Shown: positions 25,102 to 35,147 of the stretch, piece after piece
How positions within the stretch are numbered: position 1 is the stretch's first letter
Layout of the letters: every line of letters begins with the position of its first letter
Source of the DNA: Chlorokybus atmophyticus
Lineage: Eukaryota; Plantae; Mesostigma and Chlorokybus algae
NCBI GenBank assembly: GCA_009103225.1
Contig: RHPI01001037.1
Location: 1,608,551 to 1,672,550, forward strand
Reading direction: 5' to 3'
Length of the DNA: 64,000 nucleotides
Made by a program: the position numbers and the translations under genes
Notes under the pieces: generated by a model
Database searches by the model: none
Seen by the model: the letters and a program-made list of their open reading frames with translations, nothing else
What the model was told of the DNA's origin: nothing

Positions 25102-25763
25102 TCACCAGCATAATCTGCATCACAATAGCCTTGCAACTCCTGGTTGCCCCGCCCATACTGGATGCCAACTGTTGCTGGACCTGACAAGTAGCGCAGTACT
25201 CCTTTTGCTGCCAACCAATGCTGCATTGTTGGAGCAGACATGTACCTTGGTAATTGTCCCACAGCATGTGCAATGTCAGGCCGAGACGCTATGGACAGGT
25301 AAAGAAGGCTCCCCACAAGCTTGCTGTAGGGATACTTTGCGTTATCCAGCTCTTTATCGTAATCCAGTGCTCTCACCAACTGAACTTCCACGCTCAGTGG
25401 CACCTCTCTGACATTCGCGTTGTCGAGACCAAACTTTGTCACCAGCTGCTTCACCGCTTGCTCTTGCGAAATGGTGACGGGTCCAGCAGCTCTATCTCTG
25501 ATGACAACCATACTTAAGAAGTATGTTGTCTCGCCCAAATCTCTGCATATAAACACAGCCTGCAGATGAGTCTTCACTCGCTGCACCCCTGACATTCCTG
25601 ACGTTGCAATCAGAATGTCGTCCACGTACACCAACAGCCACACTTGCTTGCTCTCGTGGTAGATCAAGCTTGGATCTGCCAAACTTGCAAACCCCTGCTT
25701 CTGGAGCTCCTTGCACAGTCTTGCATGCCACACCCGTGGTGCCTGCTTTAAGCCATACAATGC

Positions 25764-25885
25764 TGTAACGCGGGGCTTAACCGACTAAGCCATGGTAGCA
25801 AAAGTCGCTGCCATGAGAGGGTGTGTATTGCTTATTAATACTTCATAAGCCCTTCTTAGCCTATTCCACATTAACCGGCATTACA
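25764..25885 (-). mobile_element. Solo LTR, 122 bp, inserted in Copia RT
   Basis: TGTAA...TTACA termini; TSD aatgc at 25759-25763 and 25886-25890. Removing it restores ..RLVKA-LYGLKQAPR. Orientation inferred from internal motifs. Confidence 0.9.
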
Positions 25886-26531
25886 AATGCCTTCACCAAT
25901 CTGCATGCTGTACAAGGTGGCCCCTCCTGATACCCTCTTGGTTGCTGAATGTAGATTCTCTCTTCCAGCTCCCCATACAGAAACGCTGTCTTGACATCCA
26001 AGTAATGGAACTCCAGGTTGTCTGCTGACACAATTGCCACCATAGTTCTGAAGGTTGCCAACTTCCCTGCCGGTGCAAACACCTTATTGAAGTCAACTCC
26101 TTCTTGCTGCAGAAACCCCTTAGCAACCAATCTGGCCTTGTACCCTTCAATGTTGCCATTGCCGTCGCTCTTCACCTTAAACACCCACTTGCCAGGAATG
26201 GGCTTGACCCCTGCAGATGGAACTTCAAGTTCCCATGTTGCATTGGCATGCAGCGAGGCTATCTCTTCATCCATTGCCTTACGCCAACTGTCTGCATCAG
26301 TTCTCAGGAGTGCTTCTTCATATGTCGCTGGCTCCACACTCTGTGAATCTGAGCCCGCCATATAGCCAAACTCCTTATGGAAACGAACAGGACCCTTCCT
26401 GTCGCGCCTTGGATAATGCCCCCTGCCTTGCTGTTGGTTTTGCTGCTGATATTGACTTCTCTCATCTCTGCGCGCAGCGCTGGTCACTGTCATAGGGCTG
26501 AGCTCCCTTTCTGAATCAGAACCACTGTCCC

Positions 26532-26703
26532 CTTCCTTGATAACTTCTCCAAGCTGTCATTGGTGCGTCCTGTGAAGCTCAAGTCAGATGTCCCAACTGT
26601 GGTGAAAGAGGTGGTACTGTGGTTGAAGAATGTGTCTGGTAAATGTGTGAAGACAGTCAAAAGTGACGGAGGAGGGGAGTACCTGAACAAGGAGCTGTCT
26701 GCA
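26532..26703 (+). pseudogene. Copia integrase-core fragment inverted relative to its element
   Basis: Plus strand reads FLDNFSKLSLVRPVKLKSDV..GKCVKTVKSDGGGEYLNKEL while the flanking gag and RT linker read on the minus strand. Confidence 0.85.
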
Positions 26704-27788
26704 TTTTTGATCCTTAATTTTGCCTTCAACAGGATTGGCAAAATCTCTTTGAGGGACAACTTCTGATTTGTGCTGATACCTCCAACATGATCACAACAAT
26801 CTCAAAACTCTCGCGGCAACCCAGACAACACATTCAAGCACAGATCATCCTCTGAGACTGAATCTCCTATAGAGGTCAAATCATTTCTGAGCTTTTATGC
26901 ACGTCCCAAATACTCTATAACTGTCTCACTAGCAAGCTATCTCATGTTGTTCAGCGCTTGCTTGAGCTCAATCTTACGACCAATAGAGCGTGTAGAGAAC
27001 ATATTTTCCAAAGCTTCCCATGCATGCTTGGCATCAGATTGCATCTGTAGCAGTGGCCTACGAAATGGCTCAACGCGCATACTCATCAAAGCCAAAGCAC
27101 GCAAACTGCTTCGCATCATGCAGACTCTTTACCAATTGGCGCACTCTCCTTTGGGTCAGCGTAGTCCCACAGCTCTTTGTAGATGAGCTTCATCTTCATC
27201 TCAAACCTCCAGCTGGCGTAGTTGTCATCTCCTAAAAGTTTGATGGTGAACTTCTCCTTCTCTGATCTAGTGGTTGTCATCCTGCTGTCTCCTGCTGGCT
27301 GAACTTCACAGCTAAACCCCACAGTCCTCCTGCTTGCTCGCTGTACCTCTCAGACTCTCAGCTTACAGCTCCAACATCCTCACACACAGAGGAGCACACT
27401 CTCTCACAGTAGCTAGCTCTACACACGTAGATGTGGGCCCACAACCTGTTGACTAGAGATGCTGCATGCAACCATGCACAACAAGCATACACAGCATAGT
27501 GGTAAGCAGAGCTACACCGCCAATGAAGTGACCAGAGAAGTGAATCAACTCAATAACACGCGGTCTGTCGGCTCTGGGCCCTCAGTCTGGGTCCTACCAA
27601 AAAGCAGACCCAACTGTACCAGTTCTAACTGCCTGCAGCCTATACATACAACTGCAGTCTATGAGTAGCTTATCAAGTACCAGCTTAATAAGCTACAATA
27701 GGGCTAGCTAAGCTGACTGGATAATAGCACATAAGTGTCATATGCTATACATGTAGAGAACACTGCATAACATGCTATATTCTCCACA

Positions 27789-29400
27789 CATTGCGCAAAA
27801 TTGTGGAGGCGCCCCCGAGTTTTGTGGTTTTGTCTTGCCGGACGTAGATGCCTTTAAGTACGTCTCGAATAATACGGTCCTTGGCATTCACAAGAGTGTG
27901 GAGCCGTTGTTGCAAGTGCGCATTAAGTGGAGCGTCGTTGGGGACGAGGTGAACTCGCTGTGCCATCTCTTGCACCCTTGCGGTGACAGGTAGTCAAGTC
28001 CTACCACATCCTCCGCGCGCAGGACGGGGTCCAAGACATCAGCTAAGAAGGGGTTGCGCTAAATGACCTCAAGTATTTGGAGAGCCCAGCGCTCCACGTT
28101 TCCAGGACTAGGCCATACATGTGGCCGTGGTGCCTCCTAAAGTTCGTATCGCAGCCGGGGCTGAAACTTTTGCTCCCGTGCTGCCGCTGTGGGGATTGGT
28201 CCACCTCTTGCGATTTGACGATGTTCCCACTGCAGAGTTGCCCGAAGATCCTCGTAGCAATCAACGGCTGCGTCCCATCGTTGTTGTGCACCATGCTCTT
28301 CTTGAGTGAGAGGGAGATGTCTGGTGCTTAGGCGGGGTGGTCGGCAGCGGCTGAAGAAACGGAGAGGTGCGGGGCCAAGTGGTGGCCGAGCGAGTCAGGG
28401 CCAGACGATGCTGAATGAGCCTTCGTGACCAGTTTATCTCCTCCCTCATCCGCTGCCCAGCTTCGATGATGTCGGCTAGAGTGAGCATTCAATAAAGTGC
28501 ACTGGGTAGAGTAAAGAGAGGCAGGTGGTTGGGCAACTGTTTTAGGCGATCGCGCAAGGGCTGTTCCGTTGTTGTGTTTGGCGGATTTGGTGGCGCCACC
28601 TACACCTTTCAAACAAGAAGTGTCGGGTGTTCAGTGATCCATGCTCGCAGTGCCGCCTCCTCATCTGGTTCAAGGTTTGTTTTTTTCAGTAGACTCGTGC
28701 CAACTCCGTGGCAAACGGGAGGGACGGCCAGCCACATGTCCGTCGTCTTAAGGCAACTCCTGTGGTTGTTGTTGCATACGACCAGAGGGCAGCTTGCGGG
28801 CCCTGACTAGCACTTGCCAACGTGCTTGCTTGAGTGCCCAGAGTTGAGCATTGCCTGCCACATCATGCCGAAGTAAGTCTGCTAGCGTGGGTGGTGCGGG
28901 TGCCGCCGGGTCAGCCACTAGCGGTGCCTTTAAAGGCTCCACACGCTGATGCTGTGCAGGAGGGGACTTCGATTGGTCACGCTTAGGGGGTTAAATGCGG
29001 CCTAAACGGGTGGTGGTACCCATGAAACTTCGTAATTGCGCGAAGCATGCAGCTAGGTTTTCACAATTGACGAGATCCTGCAACTCGTCTGAACGGCTGC
29101 GAAGGTCCTCAATCTGTGCGAGAAGCTCGTCATTCTCTCCCTGCAGGTCGGGTGCGCCTCTAATGACGAAGGCTACCTTGACGGCTTTGCCCTTCTGCTT
29201 GATATTGGCCTGACCAGCCTTCACTCCAATTGCTGCCCAATGTGCCGTGTAGCATGTGCGATATTCATCCTCCGTGCCCTTCAGCATCGCGTGAAGCTCA
29301 TCCATCGGTGCTGTGAGGGCAGCAACCACCTCTGTGTTCTCCGCAACAGGCGCCTTGCGGGCGGCGTTGCCTGTCGTGGATCCACCTTGGTGGTTCTGTT
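27789..29400 (-). pseudogene. Decayed coding sequence of unknown domain content downstream of gag; continues across the Copia into 23297-23732
   Basis: Protein-like minus-strand frames with scattered stops (ELLAQIEDLRSRSDELQDL; LTLADIIEAGQRMREE); the Copia TSD shows the two flanks were contiguous. Confidence 0.45.
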
Positions 29401-31000
29401 TTTATTTCGGAGGGTTGTTCTTCCTCCGATAGCCGTTGTTGGCTGGCTCCTTGCCCTTGTTGCCGTTGTTGTTGTTGTTGTTGTTATTGTTGTCGTAACC
29501 ACTGCTGCCATCGTAGATGCCTGAGGGTCTCAACTCAGGGTGCTTGGCGTAGCAGACTGCCTCCAAGTGTTTGGTCTGGTGGCAGTGGTCACACACCAGG
29601 TTCCCGTACTCCTCCATGCAATCCTTCTAGTAGTGGCCGTGTCGACCACACCGATGGCAGACGACAGGGGCGGGTAGTGCAGCGTGAGCTGACTTCGCAG
29701 GAGATTTGGGTGTGCGGATGGGATAAGACTTGCGGTCACGTTGGCTGGGGTCTGGAGCAGAGGCATGAGCATATGAGGGATCAGAGTTCATATCCAACAC
29801 TGCTCTCATCCACACCTGGCGATCATGGATCGCTTAGGCTGTTTCAAAAGCTTGAAGCAGCGAATACCCTTGTGGTCGGATATTGTTGAGAGCGTTGTCC
29901 ACCGTCTTGTTCAATGGAGGCTTCAGTTGGCTGACGAACACCACGGCGGCAGCTTTGTCGCTGAGGATCTTGTAGTTGGTGTCCTTTAGCAGCTTGACCA
30001 TACAGGTGCAAGTGCGCAGAAGATCCTCCCCTGCTTTACACATGAAGTGACGCAACTCCTCCACCTGCTGACTGGTCTGTGGTGGGAATGTGCGCCGAAG
30101 CGCCAGATACAAGTCCTGTAAGGGTGACAACGTATGGTCCACCCTGACGGTGAGGGCGGGTTCTTGCATGCTGAAAGAGCATAAAGACAGTGAACTGCCT
30201 GCAACCATGTCACGACTTCCCCGCGTCCTTGTCCGGATTGGAGTATCAAGTACGGTGACGCGTTGTCGTGCTTGTGCTTCCTCAAGCGCAATTTGTTGCT
30301 CTGCCATTAGCCTGAACGCCAAAAGTTGCACCTGGGACCGGCGTGCTTGTTGTGCTGCCGCCAACTCGCGGTCGACCAATGCAGGATCAACCGGTGGTAT
30401 ATCTGCTTCAGCTGTCAACTGCGCTGCGGTCAAAGCTTCCGTAAGGGTAGGGCCTTGCAGTGGGGCAGCTGGAACCATGGGCTTGGCAGGGACGCCAGGA
30501 GTTGATACTTCATGGGCAGAGCTCCGCTGCCGGCCAGAACTCCGTACCCTCCAATCTCATGCTGTGCAGCAACTGACTTATATATACCTCATGTGCCTCG
30601 TGGTCTAAGCAAGTTGCAGCCATGCGAGGACACATTACATCTGACCAGTTGGGAGTCTTGATTGCATGGTAGCTCATCCTGGAATCCAACTTGATGATCC
30701 ATTCGTCCAGTGGTGTTGTGCAAGGACGCCCGGAGAAGGTGAGACCATGAGTGGAACCGGATGCCTCCATATCGTCGATGTGCAGCTGATCGATGAAGCT
30801 TTCAACTTGATGAGACAAGACTTAGTATGTCTAAAACGGGGTACTAATGAAGACCGGGGGCTGTCGCTGTTGTCGTCGCCCTCTTTTTCCGTAAGATAGG
30901 TTCGAGCCCAACCAGCTGTCGAAGTCGCTGGTGATCTCCTCGGCCACAGGCGAAAGCCCGTACCGATGAGTGAACTCTCCGACTGCTGAAGACTCACTCA
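29400..31000 (-). pseudogene. Retrotransposon gag with two CCHC zinc knuckles
   Basis: FSGRPCTTPLDEWIIKLD; LRRTFPPQTSQQVEELRHFMCKAGEDL; CHRCGRHGHY*KDC and CDHCHQTKHLEAVC at ~29550-29660. Confidence 0.75.
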
Positions 31001-31735
31001 TGCAAGTCGCACGGTAAGCGCTGGAGAGAGCGAGGCAAAGTGTGTGCTCTACTGGTGCTCCCCCAATGCTACCACCCAACACACTAGTGCTTGTGAATGC
31101 ACTATGTGCTGGCAATGATAACACAACACTGACGCAACCAACGCCGCCGCAAAAATGCAAGCCACGCTGATGCACGACACTCACTTGTACAAGGAGGATG
31201 ACACTGTAAGTCAACAAGCCACTACTAGAGGTAGTGCTGGTTATATGATTCCTTGCATGAGGTCAAAATAATTCCACTGTTAAGTGAGGTGTATGAATGC
31301 GGCAACACGTGGACACCACACTCAGATGCGGACTACACAACATGCACCCACGCAACTACAGTCACATCAAGTGACGAGCAATGCATATGTGCATACACTG
31401 CATTCTCTCACGTGTAGATGTGTCTTGGCAACCGGGGCGGCGAGGTGATGCAGTCACACCAAGCCACAAACTTCAGAGAGCAAGTCCCGAGCACTCCAAA
31501 GATCAACATCCGTACTTCTTAATTCCAAGTCTTTCAGTTTTCACTTACAGTGTCATCAACGTACAGACACTAAGTCCTAAGCCTTTACAGTCAAGTGACA
31601 ACTGTTCAGTTCAAAAATAACGGCTAGTTAAAAATGAGCTAAGTCAAACTCGCAACGGATCAGCTAGTACGGCTTAAACTAGGTACCTACGAAGACTGAT
31701 TGACAACTGTATAATGTCGCGCGGGACTCATGTCG

Positions 31736-32780
31736 CTAGCCGGGGTCGAAGTTTGAAAATAGGCATGGCTCATCAACAGGGTTTCTAATGCTGGTAGCAC
31801 AGAAACGACGCCTGGCTGTAGGCATCAACGAGGAAGTTGGCCCCTCCTGGACCGCTAGCGTGACAGGCGTGTTTGCCAGGTCAGTCTTAACGTGCTTGCG
31901 GAGATTCCTCTTGAGGTTCTCCACATGCACAATGGCCAGGTGCTGAACATTGACAAGGGGCATGCCGCAAAGTGGTCTCGTCGCCCAGCCTGACGACGCC
32001 GCGCTCGTAGAGCTGGATAGGCGTTTCTTTGTGCTTTTGCCTAAGCTGGATGAGCTCCTGCGCCTTTTCGGCAGTGTAGGCCGCATCGCACACTGTCCAT
32101 ATATCGGTCATTGGACTCACAACTGCTTGATATCAATCCTTATACCATAACCACTAGTACACCAAGGACTTAGCCATTTTAAGCTGACCGATCTTGTCCA
32201 TAATATGCACCTTACAATGCAACTATGCAAGCCAACTTCTAACAGTACGCGACGCGCTGCTCCCAGTGTCAGTGTCCTCTGTGTGAGAGGGAGTGGTTTT
32301 TCGTGGAGGGCGCAAGACCACTCTTGGCGCCACGATGTGAGCGCGAGGAGCGCTAAGTCTTTGCGCTCCTGAGATGGCCGGGTCAAGGTTAGAGCTGAAG
32401 CGGAGAAGCTTCTCGTATTTGAGAAGGTCGTGTGCAACTTTGTGCCACACGGCTGCAGCGACGTCATCCAAGTAGTCAGCTGCAAGACGGAACTTCTGGT
32501 GATTATTTCAGTTGTTAGCTCGAGTCTTCACGGTAAGGACGATGGAGTTGAAGCGGTTGATCCATTCCCTCAGAGATGGAGTTCGCAGCTCCAGTGAAGA
32601 CGAGCTTCCGATTGCCGCTGCTGCTCCAACTATTGTTGCGGTTGCCATATATGGCAGCCATGGTTTCTTCGCTGACTGAATCGAGGTCGACGAGGAAAGG
32701 AAGACAGTAACTCGCAGCAGTAAGTGGGTTGTCAACACCCACTTCGTCAGCTGTTGGAGAGGAAGAATCTGGGGTGACAT
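31736..32780 (-). pseudogene. Second gag-like remnant
   Basis: REWINRFNSI and AQELIQLRQKHKETPIQLYER resemble the retrotransposon gag LxQ..E...Y..R motif; frames broken. Confidence 0.5.
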
Positions 32781-34782
32781 CCGTTAGGGATGTAGCCGAC
32801 TCAGCCCGCTTTGGGCCTTAAATGACCTTGCTTTGCGTGCTCCCCAGCTGAGTCCTTGACTCATGTGAGGCATGCACACCGCGCGCAAAGAGCACGAACA
32901 ATGCAAATGCGAGTGCACAATATCAAAGCAATGACTAAGCGCCGTGGAGTGAGTTGCAAGTCAACAAGCTCCTGAACAAGAATGCTTGCAGAATGCACAC
33001 AGCAGTCACGTTGTGTATGTGTGCGGGGATGGGTAGCTAAGACGAGATCACACACTACAAGTTCCGAGCGTCAAATGCATGCAATCACAGTCACAATTGA
33101 ACAGTGAGTGGGGTGCAAGCAAGCACTGCAGCACTGTAGGGATGCATGTAGCAAATGCGATGGCCATAAGCATGAGAGCAAGAGTATACACTTACAAGTG
33201 TACATGCAAAGGTAGGCCTGGGGGAAGAACGCTGTCTGTCGGAGTAGCTGGCACGCTAACAGCGCATACACAGCTATCATTGAACTACTTGTACTGCTGA
33301 GCTCCACTTCACTGAGCCTCGGTGCTCATCGGCTTCAAGTGGGCCAACTGGTCAGTCTCGGGCAGTGCCACCGCCGCTTCTGCTCAAGTCCGTCTACTTG
33401 CAACTCATTGCCGACACTTCTGGCGAGAGTTGCCTAAGTTGGGTGTCAACGCGGCCCGCCACAAGGACTGCGTCCCTATTGGTGGAGGCATGTGTTGGCA
33501 ATCGGCTGTCACGCGGCCCGCCAACAAAAGGGCTGCGTTCTGATTGGCAAGGCTGGGGGCCCGCAGTTTGGGCATGGATTGATCGATACGGATGTTATCA
33601 GGGTGACACTGGTGTGTGATGAAGTGCGAGGGGGAAGTGCGTGTCGAGGGTCAGCACCGTGACATGCATGTTATATATCATATGTTATCATCATTGCGAG
33701 CTCAATATAGCTCGGTATAAGCTTGTACATGTTTATGCATGCATTTATACATGATTTTACGCATCATATGTTGGCTTATTGGCGTCTGTGATATTCCGTG
33801 TCAGTGGTGTGTCTTCTTGCATAAAGGGGGCCTCCCTTAAAATTATAAATATAAGTATCTGTAAGTCTTATATAAGTCATCCCATGCACTTCCCGCGACC
33901 TTAACTCAAGCTCAGCTTACTCTTGACCTTAACCCACCAATACATGTGTGCGCGCGAGTTAAAGCACAACGTCTATTACTAATATCAAGCAACCGATGAA
34001 GTGTTGAGGTTTAGCGTGCTTAAGCATCACGCAATGCAATGTAGGAAATAATAGCACACGCTCTGACAATTATCACATCTCACAACCGCAATCATAATTG
34101 CAACAATAATAGAGTTGTCTTCTCTACATCTATGTCTTCTCCAAGAGTTAACTTCTTATTAATTTGGCCGGTCTTGTAATGCATGGCCACCGGTGGCCAG
34201 CTTATTTCTTGCCCCTTTCAGACGGGTTCACTTTGCCGTATGCAAGAGAGCGCCTCAAACACATTAAGGGTCTGAATGTGCAGACCCTTCTGTCTTAGGT
34301 GGGGCTCAGCCCCTTCCCACATCTTAGGCAACAAGCGGTGGTATCTGTCAAGCTCCTCAGCCACAGATAGTGGGCATTATGTGCCGATTTCGTTGCACAC
34401 TGACTAAAATTGCTAGATACTCTACCTACACACCTATAACTACTACACCCACCATCTCACCTAAGCGACTATCCATGCCAAAGCCAGTATTTGAAACGTG
34501 CGCACGCCCACATGCTAGCATGCGTGTGCATGGCGTGCATGCGTACGTGCACACTGCGAAGTCCGCTGAGTGGCGCAGCAAGCACACATTATCTGCGAGT
34601 AATCTAACCCACAAAAGCATTGACTTCTTACACTGCATCCGTACATTCACAGGAGATATACCATAAAACTACATCAATGCTTTTACACATCAACATCATG
34701 TGTCAGAGCGACATGCACCAAGGTATCTGTCGCAAACGTCGCAACATCTTCAGCATTAGCATGTCAGCATTTATAGAATCCC

Positions 34783-34980
34783 NNNNNNNNNNNNNNNNNN
34801 NNNNNNNNNNNNNNNNNNNNNNNNNNNNNNNNNNNNNNNNNNNNNNNNNNNNNNNNNNNNNNNNNNNNNNNNNNNNNNNNNNNNNNNNNNNNNNNNNNNN
34901 NNNNNNNNNNNNNNNNNNNNNNNNNNNNNNNNNNNNNNNNNNNNNNNNNNNNNNNNNNNNNNNNNNNNNNNNNNNNNNNN
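34783..34980. other. Assembly gap
   Basis: Run of N. Confidence 1.
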
Positions 34981-35147
34981 CCGCTATACACCAGTAATTG
35001 TTGAAAGGCAATCTGATTGTAGCCCTACCTCCCATTATACTGCAATGCGCAGCGTCTCTCAAGTTGGTACTGCAACTGACTGACACTGCTCCAGCACATG
35101 ATGCTCTACAGTCAAGTGGTTGCTTGCTAGCTCTACTAATACTACCG

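Larger units (their letters stand above)
23733..27788 (-). mobile_element. Ty1/Copia LTR retrotransposon, internally deleted, with both LTRs and CATTG TSD
   Basis: LTRs 23733-24071 and 27447-27788 (TG..CA, ~94% identical); TSD cattg at 23728-23732 and 27789-27793; PBS GGTTGTGGGCCCAC. gag LLGDDNYASWRFEMKMKLIYKELWDY; RT KWVFKVK..YKARLVAKGF, LYGLKQAPR, LLVYVDDIL; RNase [42 protein letters not shown]. Confidence 0.97.

Noticed and set aside
31620-31720. 5' LTR of the DNMT-Gypsy (gttaaaaatgagctaagt resembles the 15911 LTR end)
   Set aside because: Similarity stops after about 18 bp; no TSD or PBS.
34140-34370. Cluster of short hairpins as a possible snRNA/snoRNA/SRP gene
   Set aside because: No match to U-snRNA, C/D box or SRP motifs that I can recognise; stems are only 8-9 bp.
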